Assembly (NCBI GenBank): GCA_016927185.1
Contig: JAFGND010000064.1
Coordinates: 1 to 59,964, forward strand
Direction of reading: 5' to 3'
DNA from: Candidatus Coatesbacteria bacterium
Lineage (GTDB): Bacteria; JAFGND01
DNA: 59,964 nucleotides
Within the stretch, counting starts at the first letter, position 1, and every line of letters starts with the position of its first letter. Of the stretch, positions 48,269 through 57,445 are shown one piece after another. A model generated the notes under the pieces. It saw only the letters and a program-made list of their open reading frames with translations, did no database searches and was not told the DNA's origin. The position numbers and the translations under genes were made by a program.

Positions 48269-49426
48269 ATGAACCAGGAAATCCAGAGTTTAGCGGTAGA
48301 TACAATTCTTCCAAGCACTTGTGTCATTGAACTTACTTATAATTGTAATCATAAATGTCTTTATTGTTCATGCCCCTGGGAAGCTCCTTCTCCCAAATTC
48401 AAGAAGGATAAACTGCTGAATAAAGAGGAATGGAAGAAATGCATTAATCATCTTGTTGAAAAGCATAATATAGTCGATATCGCATTTACAGGTGGAGAAC
48501 CAACTCTATATCCAGATATAAAAGAACTTATAGCATTTGCTTCAAGACTGGAAGGGCTAAGTTATGAAATAGAAGAAGGAAGCGGGAAAATTGTAACCAG
48601 GAAAAGAAAGGTAAAAATACATTTAATAAGTAATGGAAGAAATGTAAGTGATGAAATAATTGACTTGATTGCTGAAAATGAAGGTTCAATGAGTGTTTCT
48701 TTACCTGGTTTAAAAACATATAGCTATCATACAGGCATAGAAAATGCATTAGTCCCTCTTGGAACGCTTAAAAGAATTCATGACAGGGGAATACAGGCTA
48801 CTCTCAATGTAACCGTAACAAAAGTCAATCTATTTGAGTTATATGAGACTATAGCTGAAGGATTAATAGCGGGAGCAAGGTTTTTGCTTATGAACAGATT
48901 CTTACCAGGAGGAAGGGGTCTTCTTTATTCAAAAGAGCTTTCCTTAAACAGAGAACAATTGATTGAGGCACTTGATATAGCAGAATCTGTTCTATCAAGA
49001 GCTGATATAAAAGGATCATTGGGAACAGAGGTCCCCAAATGTGTTCTTAATGGTAAGAAATGGGATCATATATCAACAGGAACTTTATGCAGTGCTACAA
49101 TCAGTTTTTTTGTAATTGATCCATCTGGTAGAGTAAGAGTTTGCAATCATTCAGAAAATGTATTAGGGCATTGGACTGAAATAGAAAAAATAGTACTTCA
49201 TGATTACTGGCAGAAATTCCTGCACAAGAAGTTCATTCCTCAGATCTGCAAATCCTGTGTTGAAATAGGAGAGTGTGATGGAGGTTGTAGAGAAGCTGCC
49301 AACATAGTAAATAATGAGCTATGTTCTCTTGATCCTTTACTTAAGGAAGAGGGATTTATTAAACCGGAAAAAGAAATTTCATTATCTTTTAATCAACTGA
49401 AGAGCATATTTGAAGGTGATGAATGA
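48269..49426 (+). CDS. Radical SAM/SPASM domain protein
   Basis: ELTYNCNHKCLYC (CxxxCxxC at residues 26-33), FTGGEP, SPASM CSATISFFVIDPSGRVRVC and CKSCVEIGECDGGC. Confidence 0.95.
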   Translation: MNQEIQSLAVDTILPSTCVIELTYNCNHKCLYCSCPWEAPSPKFKKDKLLNKEEWKKCINHLVEKHNIVDIAFTGGEPTLYPDIKELIAFASRLEGLSYEIEEGSGKIVTRKRKVKIHLISNGRNVSDEIIDLIAENEGSMSVSLPGLKTYSYHTGIENALVPLGTLKRIHDRGIQATLNVTVTKVNLFELYETIAEGLIAGARFLLMNRFLPGGRGLLYSKELSLNREQLIEALDIAESVLSRADIKGSLGTEVPKCVLNGKKWDHISTGTLCSATISFFVIDPSGRVRVCNHSENVLGHWTEIEKIVLHDYWQKFLHKKFIPQICKSCVEIGECDGGCREAANIVNNELCSLDPLLKEEGFIKPEKEISLSFNQLKSIFEGDE

Positions 49427-50922
49427 TAACCAAATCGGGCAATTTGAAAAAATACTATATCTTCATTATCATTGTAATCTGGCTTTTTTATTCGTTGATA
49501 TGGCTGGATAAATATCCTCTTCTATTCATGGATGAGAACTGGGATCTTGTTACTCCTTATTCTGTAATAACAAAAGGTAAATTTGCAACTCCATTTCTTT
49601 CGGAAATCTTTAGTGAGCATTTCAGAAGAGTAGAACCTAGATTATTTCATTTGGTTTTATTCATTCCATTTGGATATATATTTGGTGTAAGCCATATTAC
49701 AGCAAGAATATTAACTGTTTTATTAGGGCTGGGTTCAATTGTTTTCCTTTTCTATCTCATGAAGAAATACCTGGATGATAATGTGGCTTTTGCTGGAAGC
49801 TTGCTATTGATAACTGAAACTCTGTTCTGGACGATTTCAAGAAGTTACAGACCTGAAATTGGACTTACTTTTATTACTATTGCCAGTTTTTATTTCCTTG
49901 ATAAAGTCATAAATAAAAGCAATTTATCAAGCTGGTTTATGCTTGGATTATTCACAGGGATTGGAGGATGGACACATTTGAATTTCGTGTTCATTGCTAT
50001 AGGTATTTTTATATTTCTATTGTTCCATTATAAAACAAGATTATTAAAGGATAGAGGATTTTATTATTACCTTATTGGAGGAATAATTGGCTTTTTACCT
50101 TTTGCTTTGTGGATTTTATATTCTGGAATAAATCTTTTTCATGAACAAACCATTGCTTTAAGGAGTGATAGAACAGGACCATTTAGCTCCTTGTTAACTC
50201 TTCTAAATACTATTTATCTTGAAGGAAGAAGATATAGTAATGTAATCCTTTTTCCCAAAAGAATATTAGTGTTTATAATTGAAATAGGATCATTGATATA
50301 TATATTCAAGAAAAGAAAAAAGAATCCCACCTTCTTGGGTATTCTTTTTGTTTCAGTGTTTTATATGATTTGCATTGCTGCATTTATTACTCATAAAACA
50401 CCAAGATATATTGCATGTCTTATTCCAGTTTTTGTTTTCTCAATAATGATTTTGTTGAAAGATCTTTATGAAACTGGATATAAAAAAATTGCATATACAA
50501 TATTCACCATATTCCTTCTTAATAATTTAGCAGGGAATGCATTCGTTCTTTATAGAGACAGGAATGAAAGCTATTCAATAGTAAGGGAAAAGATAAGAAA
50601 TGTTATTCCCATGAATGCCAGGATTTTTGGATCTACAAATCTCTGGCTAGCATTGAAAGAAAATGAATACTTGATTACAGATTATTTCAGAATTGATGGG
50701 TTCTTGAAATTTGATCCTGACTATATAGTATTGATAAATCCTGATTCAAGATATGTAAGAACTTCTCAAATAATAGAAGCTCCTTACAACGAAAGTATTG
50801 ATAATTACAAATATTTCTATGACTGGATGAAAGATTATGTTTTCTATAGTGGAGGAAAACTTATCGGGACATACGAAGTTGGAAGATATGGCCCGATTGA
50901 TGTTTTCAAGGTAAGAAAATAG
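49423..50922 (+). CDS. ArnT/PMT-like (GT-C fold) polytopic glycosyltransferase
   Basis: First TM followed by a DE motif (MDENWD), ARILTVLLG, SRSYRPE, about 12 TMs, KTPRY. ATGA overlap with the radical SAM gene. Confidence 0.85.
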   Translation: MITKSGNLKKYYIFIIIVIWLFYSLIWLDKYPLLFMDENWDLVTPYSVITKGKFATPFLSEIFSEHFRRVEPRLFHLVLFIPFGYIFGVSHITARILTVLLGLGSIVFLFYLMKKYLDDNVAFAGSLLLITETLFWTISRSYRPEIGLTFITIASFYFLDKVINKSNLSSWFMLGLFTGIGGWTHLNFVFIAIGIFIFLLFHYKTRLLKDRGFYYYLIGGIIGFLPFALWILYSGINLFHEQTIALRSDRTGPFSSLLTLLNTIYLEGRRYSNVILFPKRILVFIIEIGSLIYIFKKRKKNPTFLGILFVSVFYMICIAAFITHKTPRYIACLIPVFVFSIMILLKDLYETGYKKIAYTIFTIFLLNNLAGNAFVLYRDRNESYSIVREKIRNVIPMNARIFGSTNLWLALKENEYLITDYFRIDGFLKFDPDYIVLINPDSRYVRTSQIIEAPYNESIDNYKYFYDWMKDYVFYSGGKLIGTYEVGRYGPIDVFKVRK

Positions 50923-50945
50923 CTGATATTTAATCAGCTATTTGT

Positions 50946-51935
50946 TTACTTTCTTATTAACCAGTATTTTACAGTCTTATCCTTGCTTCCAGAAATTGCA
51001 TGCTTTCCATCATCTGATATTGAGACTGATGTAACAACATCTGTATGGCTTGAGAATGTATTGATGCAAGAAGCATTATCTATTTGCCATAGTTTCATGG
51101 TCTTATCATTACTGCCTGAAAGTATATATAAACCATCTTTTGATATTGCAATTGAGTTTACAGAAGCCGAATGACCGGAAAATGTTTTTGTACAGGCTCC
51201 ATTTGTTAAATCCCAATACTTTATTGTTCCATCTTGACTTCCAGAAGCTCCTTTTTTACCGTCAGGAGAAAAAGCAACTGAATATACTGCATCTGTATGA
51301 CCATTCATTTCCCTAAGCAAAGATTTATTCTTGAGATCCCAGTATTTGACGGCAAAATCATCACCACAAGTTAATGCATATATGCCCTGGCTGCAGAATT
51401 TAACTGATCTTACATAGCCCGTATGTGCATCGGTTGAATAAACTTCTTTACCATCACTCAAAGTCCAGTATTTTAGGAACCTGAAAGTGCCAAGCAATCC
51501 ATATGCAGCATCAGGGCTTATATCTACTGTATAAACAACATCTCCGCTGATATTGAATTCCTGGCAGGTACTATTGTTTATATCCCAGTATCTTACCATG
51601 TAATCGCTATATCCTGAAATCAAATGTGTACAATCAGGGGAGAAAACTGATGAATAAACATTTCCTCCAAGATAGATCAACTCTTTAAGTACTTTATTGT
51701 CAGTTACTTGCCAATATATTATTTTGCCCCCATCCTCTGCTGATATAGCCTTAGTACCATCTGTACTAAGATCCAGCGAATTAATCGTTGAATTATGTTC
51801 TGAAAATGTTCTTATTAGACCTATTTCTTCCCCATTATTGTCTCCATCACCATTATCAGTGGAATCATCTCCACAAGATACTGATAAGATGGCAAAACAA
51901 ATCAGAAGAGTGACAAAAAGATACATCCTGCTCAT
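50946..51935 (-). CDS. WD40-repeat (about 7-blade) lipoprotein
   Basis: Lipobox SVSC, repeated GH..V.SVAFSPDG...SGS.D.T.KYWD units. The likely start is ATG 51935, after AGGAG. Confidence 0.92.
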   Translation of the reverse strand: MSRMYLFVTLLICFAILSVSCGDDSTDNGDGDNNGEEIGLIRTFSEHNSTINSLDLSTDGTKAISAEDGGKIIYWQVTDNKVLKELIYLGGNVYSSVFSPDCTHLISGYSDYMVRYWDINNSTCQEFNISGDVVYTVDISPDAAYGLLGTFRFLKYWTLSDGKEVYSTDAHTGYVRSVKFCSQGIYALTCGDDFAVKYWDLKNKSLLREMNGHTDAVYSVAFSPDGKKGASGSQDGTIKYWDLTNGACTKTFSGHSASVNSIAISKDGLYILSGSNDKTMKLWQIDNASCINTFSSHTDVVTSVSISDDGKHAISGSKDKTVKYWLIRK

Positions 51936-52042
51936 TCCTTCTCCTTTCAAGACGTTATTTCTTATGTTCTATATTCTGCTTTTAAATGTCAAGCATCAAT
52001 AAAAAACAATTATTTGACAAGAAAAATATCACTGGATTCTAA

Positions 52043-52657
52043 TTGAATATGTATCTTTTGAATTCATCATTCAAACCCTCATCCAATGGCTGGAAATTCG
52101 CTAATGATTTTCAGTTTAGTATTCCAATACTTAAGCCATTTCATAGCGGATTTTGTGGAGGGATGTGTTGGTTAGCCTTAAAGATATTTCATGAAAAAAG
52201 GAATATACCTGATATTTCTAGTACTCCCATAGAAGGTGAAGACCTGTTTAATGAGCTATTCAGAATGCAAATAAAGTCAGTAATCAAGATTGTCCATAAG
52301 GTTTATTTTTGGCAGATAAGCTCATACAATAAGCTCGATAGAAAAACGTTGCTTGAGGTTAAATTGTTGAAGAATTACTTAGAAAAAGAAGAACCAGTTA
52401 CATTATGTCTAATTAAAACAAACAAATTTTTTGGAAATATAACAAGAAATCATCAAGTGATAGCTTATGCAATGAGGCAGGAAGAGAAATCTGATAACAA
52501 TACAGAGATATTTATCTATGATCCCAATTATCCGTGCAGGGATGACATTTGCATAAATATAGTAAAAACTGAAAAAGGACTATTTATTAAGGATATGAAT
52601 AAGGGAGAGAGGATAACTGGTTTTTTCATAAATCATTTTTCAGTTAATTCAATCTAA
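52043..52657 (+). CDS. Hypothetical protein with papain-like Cys-His-Asp triad
   Basis: GFCGGMC, NHQVIAY and IYDPN occur in the order expected for a papain-like fold. Confidence 0.6.
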   Translation: MNMYLLNSSFKPSSNGWKFANDFQFSIPILKPFHSGFCGGMCWLALKIFHEKRNIPDISSTPIEGEDLFNELFRMQIKSVIKIVHKVYFWQISSYNKLDRKTLLEVKLLKNYLEKEEPVTLCLIKTNKFFGNITRNHQVIAYAMRQEEKSDNNTEIFIYDPNYPCRDDICINIVKTEKGLFIKDMNKGERITGFFINHFSVNSI

Positions 52658-54604
52658 TTTTATAACAGGCAATACTTTTCTATTTTTACCACTTATTACT
52701 TTGAGAAAGTATCTTCCTGGTCTTAATTTCTCGGTTTCAAGTACTAATGTTTCCTGCTTAAGACCTGCTTTTGTCCTGCTTGTTTTTTTCATGAGCAATC
52801 TTCCAGAAATATCGTAAACTGAAATGGATATTTCCTGATTCTCTGCAAAACTTGCAAAAATCTTTACTTTGAGTCTGTCCTTGAAAGGATTTGGAAATGT
52901 GCTTGCATTGAACAAAGGTCTGAGAATGGTTGAATAATAGTTATTTTTGTTGAATCCCATGTTTCCTTTCAGAACAGGAAGAGATATATAGGAATAATAT
53001 TGATTATTACCAGATTTACCATGCCAGATAGTGTTTTGGGCAATCTTAGTATGTGTGCTTTTCCCAAATGTTTCACCAGTATTTGGATTTGTCTCGAATC
53101 TTGGATAATTACTTGAAGAAATCGCTATCCGGATTCTATGATCCTTGTCGAAAGCTGTAGCAATTGACCATAAATCTATCTTCATTTCATATATTTTTCC
53201 TGGTTCAAGGAAATCCTCTCCATCAATTCTCTTATAGTGTCTTCCCATCAAAATTCCATCTGCAAGCAGGATTGATCTGCCATCTGGGTAAACATCAGTT
53301 ATCTTCGCAGTGAAATCAGTGTCTATGCAGTTAGAAGTTACAAACAAATGAACTTTTACTGGACCAATGACAGTAACTGGTTCCTTGAATACTTCACTCT
53401 GATAAACTAGTACATCGCTCCTGTTTTCCTGTTCCCTCTGATCAGCAAACCCCCAGTTTCTTGTCAGATTTCTGCCGCCATTAGTTGGAACTGGATTGTC
53501 AGGATTATAAAAAAATTGCTTGTAATAAGGTTGTGATGATGGGAAAGAATTCCTGAGTAATGCTCCATCGCCATTAAGAAACCATTTTTCATATACTACA
53601 CTATCTGGTGGCCAGACATCTGTGGTGAACCATTCATTGCCAGGAGATGTTGGATATCTGTCAACATCACCAAGCAAGTAATAAGTCATTAGGGGCAGGT
53701 CCATTATGTTATTTTGCTCTCCCTTCAAGTGATAAGCCCACCAGTCTATGATATGTTTGTAATAATCATAAGTGCCATTTGGAGGAAGTGTCATTTCTCC
53801 CTGTTGTCTCTGATTGAAATCGCAGTGACTCCACCATCCCATAAGAAGTTTCTGATTTCCCCTGGCTCCCTCTCCTCCATATTTCTGTATATCCCACATT
53901 GCATTGATAGTTGCATCACAGAAAATATCTATAAAACCACCAACATGGAAACCTGGTGTTCTTACGGAATCCAGTCTTGTTCTGAGATCCATTTTTGCCC
54001 ATGTTGAATCATAATTTGGATGCGATCTCCAGAATTCCCACATCCACATTGATCCCTGTCCATTCAACCAATCCCAAAGCATAGAGTATCTGAATTCTCC
54101 ACCCTGAAAAACTGCATAATTGTAAAAGTCATAGGTTGCCACTTCTGGAGTGATGCAAGTTAGATGAGGTGGATGAGCACCTGCAGCAAGAAGCTGGACA
54201 ATGCCGCATGCACTTGCACCCCACATGCCAATTCTTCCATTACTCCATGATTGAGCTGCTATCCATTCTATAGTGTCATACCCATCTTGTTTTGTTCCCC
54301 AGCCATCATCCCAGAAGCAAGAGTCTATTCCCTGGCTTTCATATCTTCCCCTTGTATCCTGAGTGACATATATATATTTCAAATCATCAGTTATATATTT
54401 TATTGTTGAAGAATCAACGTCAGAATTTTTGTTATAAGGAGTTCTGTGAAGTATAACAGGCATTTCTCCGCTATACGAATCCGGAAAATAGACATCAGTT
54501 GAAAGCAATCTATTATCTCTCATTTTGACATTATGAGATGTTCTGGTGAATGCATAAAGAGAGATAGTAGCAAAAAGAATTATAATACAAGTTATTCTTC
54601 TCAT
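52649..54604 (-). CDS. CocE/NonD family hydrolase with T9SS type A-like C-terminal domain
   Basis: RTPYNK, QDTRGRYESQG, DTIEWIAAQSWSNGRIGMWGAS, SSSNYPRF. CTD with FPNPF..VYDISGR..GRYFLKV. Confidence 0.93.
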   Translation of the reverse strand: MRRITCIIILFATISLYAFTRTSHNVKMRDNRLLSTDVYFPDSYSGEMPVILHRTPYNKNSDVDSSTIKYITDDLKYIYVTQDTRGRYESQGIDSCFWDDGWGTKQDGYDTIEWIAAQSWSNGRIGMWGASACGIVQLLAAGAHPPHLTCITPEVATYDFYNYAVFQGGEFRYSMLWDWLNGQGSMWMWEFWRSHPNYDSTWAKMDLRTRLDSVRTPGFHVGGFIDIFCDATINAMWDIQKYGGEGARGNQKLLMGWWSHCDFNQRQQGEMTLPPNGTYDYYKHIIDWWAYHLKGEQNNIMDLPLMTYYLLGDVDRYPTSPGNEWFTTDVWPPDSVVYEKWFLNGDGALLRNSFPSSQPYYKQFFYNPDNPVPTNGGRNLTRNWGFADQREQENRSDVLVYQSEVFKEPVTVIGPVKVHLFVTSNCIDTDFTAKITDVYPDGRSILLADGILMGRHYKRIDGEDFLEPGKIYEMKIDLWSIATAFDKDHRIRIAISSSNYPRFETNPNTGETFGKSTHTKIAQNTIWHGKSGNNQYYSYISLPVLKGNMGFNKNNYYSTILRPLFNASTFPNPFKDRLKVKIFASFAENQEISISVYDISGRLLMKKTSRTKAGLKQETLVLETEKLRPGRYFLKVISGKNRKVLPVIKLD

Positions 54605-54612
54605 ATTTGTAT

Positions 54613-54636
54613 GGAGCTCCTTATAGTGGGAGCTCC
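54613..54636. repeat. Intergenic GC-rich hairpin (two self-complementary GGAGCTCC octamers)
   Basis: GGAGCTCC (54613-54620), TTATAGTG, GGAGCTCC (54629-54636) between two co-oriented minus-strand genes. Confidence 0.7.
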
Positions 54637-54648
54637 TTTTAAGATTTT

Positions 54649-57240
54649 CTAGTTTCCAATTTTTAGTATCTTACCATCAAATTTCTCTGAATCTGCTTCT
54701 ATTATATAGAAATATACACCAGATTTCAGATTATTGATTTTTTGTGTGCAGGACTTGCCAGATACTTCTTTCCTTGCTTCTTTCACTAATCTTCCACTTA
54801 AATCATAAATCTTGATTATCGCAGCTGTTTTCGGTTCTCTATTGAAGCTTATGTTAAGAACATCTTTTACAGGATTTGGATATGTACTAATTCTCAGTTT
54901 ATCTGGTAACCTGACAGCAGATTTTCTTGAGTAAAATGAACTCTCGGAAATATTATATCCATAAACAGCGAAAGTATCATCAGTTCTGTCACTATACCAG
55001 ATTACCTTTATATCGCTCTTGTTTTGTACGATTACTGGTTCAAGATCCTGAGCAGGATCGGAAGCGATTATTTCAGGAGTTGCCCAGTTGACAGCATCAT
55101 CTGATATCGTCAATGCAACTTCCCAGTCAGTAGCACTTTTAACATTGAAAACCATGTAATACAGACCTGCATTAGTGATTAAAAGATTTGGTTCTGCGAA
55201 AATCCCGGTTGCATTCAGGGCATCCCTGGCGTTATCAAATGAAGTGCCATTCCATTTTGAAGTCATGATCTTCTGTTTACCAGAAGTATCTGTTAATATC
55301 CACGAAGCAACAGCTAATCCATTCTTTGAGGAAATTGCAGGAGTTGATACATAACCTGAGGGTCCTGAAATAGTAGCAGGAGAAGACCATTTTTCATCAT
55401 AGATTGACCAGTTTATCCTTGAATAACTGTCTGTTGCTTCTACCCACAAGGCTAGATATTTGCCATCTCCAAGATATCCAATAGATGGAGTATAATGTTC
55501 TCCTTTTCCGTTAGAAAGTTGATCTGGACTGGTTTGCCATGAAGTGCCGTCATAAAAAAGTGAATAAATATCTGCCTGGGTATTGTTGAAATTTTTGTAA
55601 ATAAGCATCATCTTTCCATTTTGTCCTGCTGCAAATGAAGGTTCAGTATCACAGCAAAGAGGAGTTGTAAGTCTTTTAGGGGATCCAAAAGCATTTCCAT
55701 CCCAGTATTTTGCAATTATGTCAAAATTCTCGTCTCCACCGTATCTGTAATTCTGCCATACAAACCAGGTTCCGCCCAAGTCATCAGAGCAAACATTTGG
55801 GCAAGCATCCCAGTAATGATAGTCTTCTACAACAACTCCATCATGCCATGAACCATCATTATATGCTGCATAAATGTCCATTCTTGTGTTTCTTGCACTC
55901 TCAAATACAACCCATATCTTGCCATTTATATCTACAGCAGCATTTGAATTTCCATCGGAAAAACCTGAATTTGTTATTTTTTCGATTTCTGCTCTTGATT
56001 TATGAACAGGATAGTTTTTTGCACTGTCAGGAACATATTTTGTTGTAGTCCTGATTTTTAGTGAAGGATCACCTAATAATGTCATTCCAGCAAGATCAGC
56101 TACAGAATAGGAAGCAACAAGAGCATTATATGCCTGTCCCAGAGTCTTGCCTTTTGCCAACTCCACATATAAGGAATCATAATGAATTGCATAAGCTGTA
56201 CGAGCTTCACCTATTGAAACTAGTGAATAATCGTTTGTAAACAAATACCAGTTTCCTATATTATCCTGCTCAACATACCGATTAACCATGCAAGCTTCAA
56301 GCGCAAAGAAAATGCATGGTGGATTCAGTGCTTGAGGTTCAAAACAGAGATATGTTCCCTCACAGGGATCTTCTCCATTAACAAGGAAAGTGTCTCCCCA
56401 AGGTGAACTGTGAGAAAGAAGATGTACCCATTCATATCCCTTCTTCATTTCCCTTTTGAAATGGGCAGCAGTCGTTGAATCATCTTCATAGAATGCAGTA
56501 ATGTCATCATATGCCAGTTTCATCCCTTCTATTGGGTCTGAGTAATATCTGAACGTATCAAGATATATCAATGCACGTCTAGGTATTACAGTATCGTATC
56601 CACCAGTTCTGTAAAGATGGTTTTTTCTGAAGTAATTCTTCAGCAAGGATATCTCACTACCCCAGCTTAAGCGTGAGGCATATAAACGCCCAAAAGCGAG
56701 CTTTCCATTTACATGACCTGGTATCTGATCAATTTTTCCATCATTATCTCTGTCAGTCCATGTACCATCCATATCCGTAAAGTACATGTCAACAGGATAC
56801 TCTCCATGGAAATCTCCCCTTGTTTGCTCATACCATGCAAGAGGTAAATCTCCTATCATCAGAACATGAGTTGCTCCGCTTTGATACTGGGATTTAAGTT
56901 CCTCCCTCAACTCGATATAATTACCTCCAGACCAGCTCAATATTACAACAGAAAAACCGTCATTCTGAAGATCGGTCTGAAAGGTTGCCAATTCATTTAT
57001 CAATGGAGCAACAAGTTTAGGTGTTATTACAATAACAAAGACTGGACTATCTATGCTTATATTACCTGATTTTGAGATGATTTTTTTCTCTACAGGTGCA
57101 TCAACAAATCGTTGTTTCCATTCCAGATAACCTGTCGGTTTCTTGCCTAATGCATCTATATATCTTATAATGGGATAAGATAATGGATTGCGACCAAACA
57201 GGAACATCGGTAAAAACATCAGAAGAAATAAGGTTTTCAT
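54649..57240 (-). CDS. C25 (gingipain-like) cysteine peptidase with beta-propeller region and T9SS type A-like CTD
   Basis: Signal peptide, VLMIGDLP, YFTDMDG, LAFGRL, His (LSHSS) and Cys (EACMV) dyad, LLGDPSL, propeller repeats. CTD with YPNPV..IYDLSGRLV..SGVYFY. Confidence 0.85.
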   Translation of the reverse strand: MKTLFLLMFLPMFLFGRNPLSYPIIRYIDALGKKPTGYLEWKQRFVDAPVEKKIISKSGNISIDSPVFVIVITPKLVAPLINELATFQTDLQNDGFSVVILSWSGGNYIELREELKSQYQSGATHVLMIGDLPLAWYEQTRGDFHGEYPVDMYFTDMDGTWTDRDNDGKIDQIPGHVNGKLAFGRLYASRLSWGSEISLLKNYFRKNHLYRTGGYDTVIPRRALIYLDTFRYYSDPIEGMKLAYDDITAFYEDDSTTAAHFKREMKKGYEWVHLLSHSSPWGDTFLVNGEDPCEGTYLCFEPQALNPPCIFFALEACMVNRYVEQDNIGNWYLFTNDYSLVSIGEARTAYAIHYDSLYVELAKGKTLGQAYNALVASYSVADLAGMTLLGDPSLKIRTTTKYVPDSAKNYPVHKSRAEIEKITNSGFSDGNSNAAVDINGKIWVVFESARNTRMDIYAAYNDGSWHDGVVVEDYHYWDACPNVCSDDLGGTWFVWQNYRYGGDENFDIIAKYWDGNAFGSPKRLTTPLCCDTEPSFAAGQNGKMMLIYKNFNNTQADIYSLFYDGTSWQTSPDQLSNGKGEHYTPSIGYLGDGKYLALWVEATDSYSRINWSIYDEKWSSPATISGPSGYVSTPAISSKNGLAVASWILTDTSGKQKIMTSKWNGTSFDNARDALNATGIFAEPNLLITNAGLYYMVFNVKSATDWEVALTISDDAVNWATPEIIASDPAQDLEPVIVQNKSDIKVIWYSDRTDDTFAVYGYNISESSFYSRKSAVRLPDKLRISTYPNPVKDVLNISFNREPKTAAIIKIYDLSGRLVKEARKEVSGKSCTQKINNLKSGVYFYIIEADSEKFDGKILKIGN

Positions 57241-57445
57241 AAGACCTCCTTGGTTCTTATTTGATGAGTTTACAGAATATAATAAAGTTGTTTATGTCAA
57301 GTAAAACAAGAATATTTTTCAGGTTATTTGAAATTCAGGGATTTTGTTTTTATATGGATTGAGAATTTTTAAGAAATAGTTTGTGATTTATCTGAACTTG
57401 ACTATTTATTAAAGTCTGGGAAATCAGACTTGAAACTTAAGGAGT

